Part shown: positions 7,668 through 16,173 of the stretch, in pieces
Layout: the number at the start of each line of letters is the position of its first letter
Numbering within the stretch: position 1 is the stretch's first letter
DNA from: Capsulimonadaceae bacterium
GTDB lineage: Bacteria; Armatimonadota; Armatimonadia; Armatimonadales; Capsulimonadaceae
Assembly (NCBI GenBank): GCA_965215505.1
Contig: OZ244065.1
Coordinates: 896,001 to 960,000, forward strand
Length of the DNA stretch: 64,000 bases
Reading direction: 5' to 3'
Made by a program: the position numbers and the translations under genes
Notes under the pieces: generated by a model
Database searches by the model: none
Told to the model about the DNA's origin: nothing
What the model saw: only the letters and a program-made list of their open reading frames with translations

Positions 7668-9006
7668 CCGAAACGACGACCCCCAAGCCCTGTCCCGCGC
7701 GGACAAACGCCTCAACTTCGCCGCCTGCCTCATTGACGCCGTCGGCTGGCCGCTGGGTGCCGCCCTGTTCTCCCAGACCACCATCCTCCCGCTCTTCCTG
7801 CGTCAACTGGGGGCCAGCAACACCGCCGTCGGCTGCCTGCCCGCGCTCTACAACCTGCTGGTCTTCCTGCCCGGCCTGCTCGTGGTCGGACACATCAGCC
7901 GCCTGACACGCGCGCGGGGCTACCTGTTTCTGATCGCGCTGGTGGAGCGGTTCGCCCTGCTCGCCCTGGTCCCGCTGACGCTGCTGTGGGGGCGGACGCA
8001 TCCCGGCTGGCTCATCGGGGCGCTGTTCCTGATTATCTCGGCCCACGCGGGCGCGATGGGATTAAACCAGCCCGCCTACTGGGTCGTCGTCGGCAAGTGC
8101 GTCCCGCCCGCCTGGCGCGGGCGGCTGTTCGGGTACGCGGGCGGCATCGCGGGCGTGCTGGGGCTGGGCATGGACGGCCTGCTGCGGCGGCTGCTGGCCG
8201 GGCCGGACGGCGGCTTCCCGCACGGCTACGCCGTCGGCTTCGGGATCGGCTTCCTGTTCATGACGGTCAGCGTCCTGCCGCTCGGCATCATCCGCGAGCC
8301 GCCGAGTCAGCCGCGCGCCGCCGATGACCCGCACACCGGCCACTACGGGCGGGACAGCCTGCGCGTCCTGCGAACGGACGGAAGCTTCCGGCGCTTCCTC
8401 TACGGCCAGGTCGCGCTGACATTGGCCGCACTGGCGACCCCGTTTTACGTCCTCTATGCCGAGCATCACCTCCACGCCGGGGCGATCTCGGTGGCGGGCT
8501 ACACGGCCTCGCTCGTCCTGGTCGCCTCCTTCGGGAGCCTGGGCTGGGGGGCGTGGAGCGACCGGGCGGGCAACAAGGTCGTCCTGCTGGCGGCCTGCGC
8601 CTGTGCGGCCCTCGCCGCCGCCGCCGCCCTGTTTGCGCCCTCCGCCCTGCTGTTCTACGGCGTCTTCGTCCTGCTGGCCTTGGGGACGGCGGGGATGAAC
8701 ATCGCCGGCAACAACATCGTGATGGAGTACGCCGGGTCGCCGCGCGAGATCCCCCTGTATACGGGCATCTACAACGCCGTCACCTCCCTGCCCCGCGCCG
8801 CCGCGCCCCTGCTCGGCGGCCTGATCGCCGACCACATGGGCGGTTATGAAACCCTGTTCCTCCTCTCCGCCGTCTTGGCCGCCGCCGCCCTGGTGCTGAC
8901 GGGCCGAGCGGCTGATCCGCGTCATGGCGAGCCACCCGCCCCCAGTTCGGGGGGAGACGGCGGCGGCGAATTCCCGGCGCATTACCTGGCGGGGGCTGAG
9001 GCGTGA
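7648..9006 (+). CDS. MFS transporter
   Basis: about 12 hydrophobic segments; RGRLFG and WGAWSDRAGNK loop motifs. Confidence 0.85.
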   Translation: MTIPVTDRNDDPQALSRADKRLNFAACLIDAVGWPLGAALFSQTTILPLFLRQLGASNTAVGCLPALYNLLVFLPGLLVVGHISRLTRARGYLFLIALVERFALLALVPLTLLWGRTHPGWLIGALFLIISAHAGAMGLNQPAYWVVVGKCVPPAWRGRLFGYAGGIAGVLGLGMDGLLRRLLAGPDGGFPHGYAVGFGIGFLFMTVSVLPLGIIREPPSQPRAADDPHTGHYGRDSLRVLRTDGSFRRFLYGQVALTLAALATPFYVLYAEHHLHAGAISVAGYTASLVLVASFGSLGWGAWSDRAGNKVVLLAACACAALAAAAALFAPSALLFYGVFVLLALGTAGMNIAGNNIVMEYAGSPREIPLYTGIYNAVTSLPRAAAPLLGGLIADHMGGYETLFLLSAVLAAAALVLTGRAADPRHGEPPAPSSGGDGGGEFPAHYLAGAEA

Positions 9007-9196
9007 GGTTTCGGCCCGGCCCGTCCACTAAACCATCAGCCTCGACTAATCGCTCGAACTAGAGATGCTGCGAACACCGCTGCCTGACCGCCCGGCGTTT
9101 GCCTTCGCCTGGAGTCGGCAGGCCGCCGACTTCGCCCATCTTAAGCGCGTCTACGCCGCCAGCGGCATTCTCAGATGAAAAAACCGAGGGGAAGCC

Positions 9197-9490
9197 ATGC
9201 GCGACATGCCCACAATCGAGTGGCAGTTTGAGTTCCCACCCGAGGTGCAGGCCGAGCGCGAGATCGTCTTGAGGGCCTATGATCGGGCGATGAACGAGCG
9301 CACCCCAGAGGCAATCCGGGAGGCGGGGGCGCTGGCATGGGCCTGGGTGACTCGTCACCCGGAAGACTATGCCGTCTGGGACGCGGGGGAACCCATCGCG
9401 ATGCTGGCCGAGGCCATGGGCATCCACGGTTCCGATCCGCAAGCATGTCCGCCGACGCGCGCTCTCGCAGGTACGCTTGCCGCTCGGTGA
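9197..9490 (+). CDS. hypothetical protein
   Basis: GAGGGG RBS, plausible composition, downstream hairpin with T-run near 9521-9553. Confidence 0.5.
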   Translation: MRDMPTIEWQFEFPPEVQAEREIVLRAYDRAMNERTPEAIREAGALAWAWVTRHPEDYAVWDAGEPIAMLAEAMGIHGSDPQACPPTRALAGTLAAR

Positions 9491-9593
9491 TTGTTTCGGA
9501 TGGTTTTCGACAGATGCACAGGCAGGAACGGATCGCTCCGTCCTTGTCTTTTTGCTCGCCGTTTCGTTGAGGGCACAGGTATAATTGCTGCCT

Positions 9594-12500
9594 ATGCTGC
9601 TATACAACGACACCGCGAAACACTTCCGATCACTCCTCGCCATTCTCCTCCTCACGCTATCCATCACCGGCGTCGGCTGGGCGCGGCCCGTCATCGTGCC
9701 GGACCGTCCAACCATGACCCTCGACGACCTGGGGCTGTATGAGGTCGGCTATGCCCTGCGCGGCAGGCCGGAAGTGCGCCTGCCGGTCGGCTGGACGAGC
9801 GGGCTGGACGGCCCCACCGGGGCGGCCTGCCAGTCGGCTGGAATCCAGAACGGGCGGGAGGCATGGCTGCTCCACGTCCCCTGGCGCGGCCAAACGGGCG
9901 TCACGTTCCAGGAGTTTACCCTGCTGCTGCCGCGTGCCCCGAGGATCGTCCTGAGCGGGGCGACGGCCCTGCGCGCCGACGCCGTGGGCAAGTCGGACGG
10001 CGGCACGTTCCGCGTCTATGTGGACGGCGCGAAGCGGCTGGACGTGAACCGGGCGGACGAGAGGTGGCAGCCGTTCGCCATTGACCTGACGGCATCGGCG
10101 GGGAAGACGGTCACGCTGCGGTTCGAAACCGACCCCGGCCCGCGCGACGATGCGAGCTTCGACTTCGCGCTCTGGGGCGGGCGTCAGGTGGTCCTGACGG
10201 GGTTCCGGCCCCTAGCGCAAACGCATCCCGCCCCGCCGCCGCTGGACCTGCGGCGGCTGACCTCACGGCAGAGCGGGAGTGTCGCGCCGCCCTCCGGGTT
10301 TGTGGGCGGGACGGGCGTACAGGTCACGGCGGCAGAAGCCGTGCTGCGCTACAAGGGCGCGGATGGGACTCTGGCTTATCACTGGAAGCCTAAAGGAGAC
10401 GGTTTGCTCGGCGGCCTGACGCTGCGGGCGGCCATGACGGGTGACGCGCCGGTCACGCTGCCGCTGGCAGGGCAGGCAGGCTTGGACTGGACGGGCGCGG
10501 CAGCTTTGGCGGGTACTCGCCTGACGCCCCTGCCGGGCGGGAATGGAGCGACGCTGACGCGGACCTACCTCATCGCGGGGCAGACGGCGACGGTGACGGT
10601 GGCGGGCCGGATGCGGGGGAAGAGCCTCGTCTTTGACATCGCCTGTGACAAGCCGCTCCTGGGCGGCCTGCGCGGCGGCGACTGGGGGCCGACAATGCGG
10701 CGGCGGCAGGTCGCCCTCCCCTACTACTCCAACGCGGTCTGGTTTTTGGAGCGCGAGAACCTGTTTGCCGGGGTGTTCCTTGACTGGACTGCTTCGCAGG
10801 CGTCTTCCCAGAACGGGACGCGCGCCGCCTACGACGCGCGCACTGACGGCACACGGAACCTGCTGCATGAGAGGCTGGTATACACGGCGGCCTGGCACCT
10901 GGCCGAGACGCTGCCGAACATCCCCAACCCGCCCTCGCCGTTCCGCACCGACCTTGCGGGCCGCGTCATGCTGGACATCTGGGGCGGCAGTTTCGCGACC
11001 GTTCAGGAGCGCCTGCACACGCTGGCCGAGTGCGGCTTCGGGCCGGGGACGGCGATCCTCCACGACTGGCAGCGCGACGGCTACGACAACGGCCTGCCGG
11101 CCCACGTCCCCGCCAACCCGAAGCTCGGAGGCGACCCAGCCATGGCGGCGCTCGTCAGCGGAGGGCAGGCGGACGGCATCGAGATGGCGCTGCACGAGAA
11201 CTATGTAGATTACTATCCGGACTTCGAGGGGTTCACCGACGCCGACATCGCCCGCGCCTCGGACGGCTCGCGCGTCCGCGCCTGGTACAACCCCGGCACG
11301 AGGATACAGTCGTTCGCCGTCAAGCCGGCGCGCATCCTGCCGCTGGCAATGACGCAGGGGCCGGAAGTGGTCGGGCGTTATGGGAGTACGGCCTGCTACC
11401 TTGACGTGCATTCCGCCGTGCCGCCCTGGTTCCATGTGGACGCTGAGGCGGGGCAGGCTGGAGCGGGGGAGTTTGAAGCCGTCTGGGACGCGCATCAAGG
11501 GCTGTGGGCCTACGAGCGCGGCCTGCACCACGGCCCGGTCTTCGGCGAGGGCAACAACCACTGGTACTGGAGCGGGCTGCTCGACGGCGTGGAAGCGCAA
11601 TTCGGGCAGGGATGGCGCGACGGGGCGGGGACGAGTGCGCCGCTGCTGGTAGACTTCGACCTGCTCAAAATCCACCCGTTGCAGCTCAATCACGGCATGG
11701 GCTATTACGAGCGCTGGTGGGCGCACGGGCCGGACGCGCGGCGCGGGCTGCTGAGTCTGCTGGACCAGTACCGGATGCAGGAAGTGGCCTACGGGCATCA
11801 GGGCTTCTTAGGCGGCGAGGCGTGGCATGACCCGGCCCTCTCCTGGCTGGAACCTCACCTGATGCGGCCCCTGACGGCGCGCACGGCACTCGCCGGCCCC
11901 GTCGCCATTGACTATCTCAATGGCGGGCGGTGGCTGGACACGACGGCGGCGGCCAAGGCGGACGATCCCGCCGCCTGGTCCCGCGTCCGGGTCCGGTACG
12001 GCAACGGCCTGACGGTGTGGGCGAACGGAGGCGACATTCCCCTCCGCTTAGGCTCCGTTACCCTGCCGCCGAACGGCTGGCTGGCCTTGGGCGCGGGCCT
12101 GACCGCCGGGACCACGCTGCGCGCAGGCATCGTCTCCGACATGGCCGAGACGGCGGGCAGCGTGTTCGTCAACGCCCGCCCCGCCGACGACTGGGACACG
12201 CCCGGCACGACGCGCCTGCACCCGACGGTGGCGGAGTTCGTCCCCACCGGCCCGCGCTCGTTCCGCGCCACCTACCATTGGAGAGTCGGGCAGACTCCGG
12301 CCGCCGATTACGGCTGCTTCGTCCACTTCGTTCAGCCGTCCCTCCAGGACGGCGGGGAGGGCATCCGGTTCCAGCAGGACCACGCCCTGGCCCCGCCGAC
12401 TTCGCGGTGGAAGCCGGGCAAGACGGTCACGGACGGCCCGTGGGACGTTACCGTCCCCGCCGATGCCGCGCCGGGCGACTACCCGTGGACAGTCGGCCTG

Positions 12501-12881
12501 TTCGCGCCCGGCGGCGGGCGGCTGACCTTGCAGGGCACGTCAGACGCCCACAGCCGCATCGTGTTGGGCACACTGCACGTCGCGGCGACGGGGCTGACGT
12601 TCACCCCTACCCAGCCCGACGCGGGCCGCACTACGGCCCCGGTCAACCACGACAATCGTGTGCTGGACTTTGGCAGCGTCCGCACCAACGGCAGCGTCTT
12701 CCTCCGCCGGGAGGGAGGCGACTGGACCCTGCGGCCCTTCCCGCGCGACCGCCCGTTCACGGTCAGCCTTTCCGCCGCCCGGCTCGGACACCCCTCCTCA
12801 GCCACCGTCGTCGGCGGCTGGTGGCATCTGCCCCTGACCGGCGCGGCGGTGTACCGCTGGCCCGCTCTCGGAGGCAAATAG
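9594..12881 (+). CDS. large secreted modular protein, putative glycoside hydrolase (DUF5696/GH101-GH129-like barrel plus accessory beta domains)
   Basis: signal peptide; NPCBM-like segment (DGGTFRVYVDG...LRFETDPGP); central GYDNGLP, LHENYVDYYP, YLDVHSA, GEG motifs. Confidence 0.55.
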   Translation: MLLYNDTAKHFRSLLAILLLTLSITGVGWARPVIVPDRPTMTLDDLGLYEVGYALRGRPEVRLPVGWTSGLDGPTGAACQSAGIQNGREAWLLHVPWRGQTGVTFQEFTLLLPRAPRIVLSGATALRADAVGKSDGGTFRVYVDGAKRLDVNRADERWQPFAIDLTASAGKTVTLRFETDPGPRDDASFDFALWGGRQVVLTGFRPLAQTHPAPPPLDLRRLTSRQSGSVAPPSGFVGGTGVQVTAAEAVLRYKGADGTLAYHWKPKGDGLLGGLTLRAAMTGDAPVTLPLAGQAGLDWTGAAALAGTRLTPLPGGNGATLTRTYLIAGQTATVTVAGRMRGKSLVFDIACDKPLLGGLRGGDWGPTMRRRQVALPYYSNAVWFLERENLFAGVFLDWTASQASSQNGTRAAYDARTDGTRNLLHERLVYTAAWHLAETLPNIPNPPSPFRTDLAGRVMLDIWGGSFATVQERLHTLAECGFGPGTAILHDWQRDGYDNGLPAHVPANPKLGGDPAMAALVSGGQADGIEMALHENYVDYYPDFEGFTDADIARASDGSRVRAWYNPGTRIQSFAVKPARILPLAMTQGPEVVGRYGSTACYLDVHSAVPPWFHVDAEAGQAGAGEFEAVWDAHQGLWAYERGLHHGPVFGEGNNHWYWSGLLDGVEAQFGQGWRDGAGTSAPLLVDFDLLKIHPLQLNHGMGYYERWWAHGPDARRGLLSLLDQYRMQEVAYGHQGFLGGEAWHDPALSWLEPHLMRPLTARTALAGPVAIDYLNGGRWLDTTAAAKADDPAAWSRVRVRYGNGLTVWANGGDIPLRLGSVTLPPNGWLALGAGLTAGTTLRAGIVSDMAETAGSVFVNARPADDWDTPGTTRLHPTVAEFVPTGPRSFRATYHWRVGQTPAADYGCFVHFVQPSLQDGGEGIRFQQDHALAPPTSRWKPGKTVTDGPWDVTVPADAAPGDYPWTVGLFAPGGGRLTLQGTSDAHSRIVLGTLHVAATGLTFTPTQPDAGRTTAPVNHDNRVLDFGSVRTNGSVFLRREGGDWTLRPFPRDRPFTVSLSAARLGHPSSATVVGGWWHLPLTGAAVYRWPALGGK

Positions 12882-12886
12882 CACCG

Positions 12887-14350
12887 ATGTCTGCGCCCCA
12901 AGCTGTCCAGCACATCACGATTGACCCCACCCCGCTTTACGCGCTGTCCCCCTACCTCTATATGCAGTTCATGGAGCCGCTGGGTGCGACGGACGGGTCG
13001 GTCGAGGCGGCCTGGAACCATCAGGCCGCCGCCTGGCGGCCCGACGTGGTGGAGGTGACGCGCTCGCTCGCGCCCGGCCTGATCCGCTGGGGCGGGTGCC
13101 TGAGTTCTTACTACCGCTGGGAGGAGGGCGTCGGGCCGCGCGACGAGCGGAGGCCGATGCACAACCTGCTCTGGGGCGGCATCGAGTCGAGCCAGATCGG
13201 GACGGGCGAGTTCGTGGACTTCTGCCGCCACGTCGGCGCGGAGGGATTTTTCTGCGTCAACTTCGAGTCGGACGGCCGCAAAGGCTGGGCCGACCCGCGC
13301 GTCGGCGGGCCGCGCTCGGCGGGGCCAGAGGAAGCGGCGCGGTGGGTCCGCTACTGCAACGACCCCGACGACGCCCTGCGCCGCAGCCACGGCGTCGAGC
13401 ATCCCTACGGCCTGCGTCTCTGGCAGATCGGCAACGAGACGTCTTACGACCCGGCCGGTTACGACCTGGAAACGGCGGCGGCGCGCACGGTCGCCTTTGC
13501 CCAGGCCATGCGCCGGGCCGACCCAAACGTCCGGCTGATCGGCTGGGGCGACAGCGGCTGGGCGGCGCGCATGATCGAGGCGGCGGGCGAGCATCTGGAC
13601 TACATCGCCTTCCACCACATATTCCATCCCTCGCCGGGCGACCCCATCCTGGACGGCACGAACTACCGCCGCGACCCCGACCGCGCCTGGGCTGCGCTGA
13701 TGAACGCGCACACGATGCACCGGCAAAAAGTGAAGGCGATGCGCGCCGAGGTGGAAGGGACGGGGATGCCGCTGGCCCTGACGGAGTGCCACTTCGACAT
13801 CCCCGGCCGTGACCGGGGCGATGTGCTGTCCTCCTGGGCGGCGGGCGTCGCCTATGCGCGGATGCTCAACGTCCACGAGCGCCATGGGGACGTGCTGAAG
13901 ATCGCGACGCTGTCCGACTTCTGCGGCACACGCTGGCAGGTCAACTCGGTGATGATCCCGACGCCGGGCGGCCGGGCCTACCTGATGCCCGTCGCCCACG
14001 TCATGCGGCTCTACCGCACCCACGGCGGCGAGCAGGCCGTCGCCGTCCGCGACTGCCCCTCCGACCTGGACGTCACGGCGAGCCGCACCGGCGACCGCCT
14101 CTTTGTCCATGTGGTCAACACGCGCCGAGATCGGTCCGTCACGGTTCGCCTGGACGTTGCAGGCTTCACCGCCCACGGCGGACGCTGCTTCGAGATCGCC
14201 GCCGACCCCGAAACCGAGGTCCTGCAAAGCTGCCCCGATGTCCTTCAGATCAGCGAGAAGCCGCCGGACGGGGACGTCTGGACGTTTCCTGCCGCTTCGG
14301 TGTCTGCCGTCGAGATTGACCTGCTCCCGTCACACCGCCCTCAGCCATAA
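12887..14350 (+). CDS. alpha-L-arabinofuranosidase (GH51)
   Basis: QFMEPLG, IRWGG, WQIGNE acid/base, ALTE nucleophile region; start trimmed to MSAPQ. Confidence 0.85.
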   Translation: MSAPQAVQHITIDPTPLYALSPYLYMQFMEPLGATDGSVEAAWNHQAAAWRPDVVEVTRSLAPGLIRWGGCLSSYYRWEEGVGPRDERRPMHNLLWGGIESSQIGTGEFVDFCRHVGAEGFFCVNFESDGRKGWADPRVGGPRSAGPEEAARWVRYCNDPDDALRRSHGVEHPYGLRLWQIGNETSYDPAGYDLETAAARTVAFAQAMRRADPNVRLIGWGDSGWAARMIEAAGEHLDYIAFHHIFHPSPGDPILDGTNYRRDPDRAWAALMNAHTMHRQKVKAMRAEVEGTGMPLALTECHFDIPGRDRGDVLSSWAAGVAYARMLNVHERHGDVLKIATLSDFCGTRWQVNSVMIPTPGGRAYLMPVAHVMRLYRTHGGEQAVAVRDCPSDLDVTASRTGDRLFVHVVNTRRDRSVTVRLDVAGFTAHGGRCFEIAADPETEVLQSCPDVLQISEKPPDGDVWTFPAASVSAVEIDLLPSHRPQP

Positions 14351-14364
14351 GGTTTCCGTGCAAA

Positions 14365-15042
14365 ATGCCGCCTGCCACACCCCAGCTTCAACTCGAAACC
14401 CTGTTCGTTCTGGACGGCCGCGGGCGGCTCGTCTCGACCCGTGAGCCGCAGCCATCCCCCAGCCCTGCGTTCATGCTCATCCGCGGTGCGACGAGTCTTG
14501 CCTGGGCGGTTCGGGCCGATGTCCCCGATGATTTGGCCGAAGAACTCGGCGCTCTCGCGCGGCAGGAGCCTCCTTCGCTTCTGTGGGAGCCGCCGCTCTA
14601 CGCCGAGCGTTACCTGGCCGTGCTGCCTGGCCGCGTCAGTCACGGGCCGGCGTTCGAGTTCCCCGAGTCGGTTGACGCCCCCGCCGACGTGGTGAGCGTC
14701 CGCGATGAGGCGTTGCTGCAACATCACTTCTCAGGCTGGGTGGCGGGCGAGGTCGAGGCCGGCCGTTCCCCGGTCGTGGCGGTGTCCGTGGAAGGCCACC
14801 CGGTGAGCGTCTGCTGCTGTGCGCGCCGGTCGGACGTGGCGGCCGAGGCCGGCCTTGAAACGGCGACGGCTTTCCGCGGCCTCGGTCATGCGCCCCGCGT
14901 GACGGCGGCCTGGGCCGTGGCCGTGCGGGCTTCGGGCCGCACGCCTTTGTACAGCACCAGCATGAACAACGGGCCGTCGCTGGCGGTCGCACGGAAGCTC
15001 GGGCTGAGGACCTATGCGACGGATTGGAGTATTTTAGCTTGA
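14365..15042 (+). CDS. GNAT family acetyltransferase
   Basis: ETATAFRGLGHA, YSTSMNNGPSLAVARKLG acetyl-CoA motifs. Confidence 0.8.
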   Translation: MPPATPQLQLETLFVLDGRGRLVSTREPQPSPSPAFMLIRGATSLAWAVRADVPDDLAEELGALARQEPPSLLWEPPLYAERYLAVLPGRVSHGPAFEFPESVDAPADVVSVRDEALLQHHFSGWVAGEVEAGRSPVVAVSVEGHPVSVCCCARRSDVAAEAGLETATAFRGLGHAPRVTAAWAVAVRASGRTPLYSTSMNNGPSLAVARKLGLRTYATDWSILA

Positions 15043-15098
15043 CAGGTGTTACGCAGCGGCTGTCGCGAGTGAGTCGAAACGCAGACAAGGACGAGTGA

Positions 15099-15264
15099 GG
15101 ACGAGTGATTGAAATCACTCGCTGACGCAGGATTTGTCCAGGGGACAAGCCGGAGAAAAGGGGACAGGTCGGAAGGGCTGGAAGCAAGAGTACTCTCTTG
15201 TGTTCTTGGTTCTTCTGTCCCCTGGACAGGTCCGGCGGCAGCGAGTGATTTCAATCACTCGTCC
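15099..15264. repeat. REPIN-like element (inverted pair of palindromic units)
   Basis: perfect 26-bp IR 15099-15124/15239-15264 plus inner 13-bp IR 15135-15147/15216-15228, between convergent genes. Confidence 0.8.
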
Positions 15265-15270
15265 GGCGGG

Positions 15271-16173
15271 TCACCATGCCAAGCCGCCCACAGTCTCAAA
15301 GAAGTGCCGGAAGAACGCCGCTGGGTTGCTCTCGCGGGCGAGCCACACCGGCCCCGCGTCATGGTCCACCCAACGGGTCGTTCCCTGAGTTTCGGTGTCG
15401 CTAAGGTCCACCTGCACCCGCCCCGGCGTCACGCGGCAGAGCGACGGCTCGAAGGCGAACGCCGCCGTCAGGGGGTCATGGAACGTGATGCCGCCGTACC
15501 GGTCGTAGGACTCCGCCGCCATCGCATTCACCAGCTCGAACGGGCCGCCCAGCGCGGAGAACCGGCGGCGACAGTCGGCGGCGTGCCGGTAGCATGGCGA
15601 GGTCACGTCTATGCCGACCGCCGTCAGGCGCGGCACGGGCGACTGGAAGACAAGGGAGGCCGCGTGCGGGTCGCCGAGGATGTTGCCTTCCGGGCCGCCG
15701 CCTTCCGCTCCGCCGTAGCGGCCCCCCATGAGGATCAGGTGGCGCAGCAGGGGGGCCGCCTCCGGGTCAAGCAAGAACAGCCGGGCGATGTTTGTCAGAG
15801 GCCCGATGGCGATCAGTGTGACCTCGTGGGGGTGCGCGCGGATCGTCTCGCGCAGGAACGCGGCCGCCGTGTCCTCAGGCCGGAAGACGCGGTGCGGCCA
15901 CGTCCCATCCAGCACACCTGCCTGCGGGGCCAGCGGCTGACGGCTTCCAACCCGTAGGGAGGCGGGGGCACCGACATGGATGGGGACGTCCGCCCGGCCC
16001 GCCGCGTGGCAGAGGGCGTCGGCAAGGGCGGCGCGCTTCTCCGACTCCCCCGTCACCGTGGTAACTCCCAGCAGGGCACAGCGCGGCTGGCGCAGCAGGT
16101 ACAGGAGCGCCAGGGCGTCGTCCACGTCGGAGCCGATGTCGGTGTCAAGGAGAACGGGGATGCTCTCCATCAT
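15271..16173 (-). CDS. nucleoside hydrolase (inosine-uridine preferring family)
   Basis: LDTDIGSDVDD, IGPLTN, HDP motifs; ATGA overlap with the upstream gene. Confidence 0.9.
   Translation of the reverse strand: MMESIPVLLDTDIGSDVDDALALLYLLRQPRCALLGVTTVTGESEKRAALADALCHAAGRADVPIHVGAPASLRVGSRQPLAPQAGVLDGTWPHRVFRPEDTAAAFLRETIRAHPHEVTLIAIGPLTNIARLFLLDPEAAPLLRHLILMGGRYGGAEGGGPEGNILGDPHAASLVFQSPVPRLTAVGIDVTSPCYRHAADCRRRFSALGGPFELVNAMAAESYDRYGGITFHDPLTAAFAFEPSLCRVTPGRVQVDLSDTETQGTTRWVDHDAGPVWLARESNPAAFFRHFFETVGGLAW

Noticed and set aside
11930-12886. N-terminal extension of the GH51 ORF
   Set aside because: Off-frame overlap with the upstream gene; the real start is 12887 after GGAGG.
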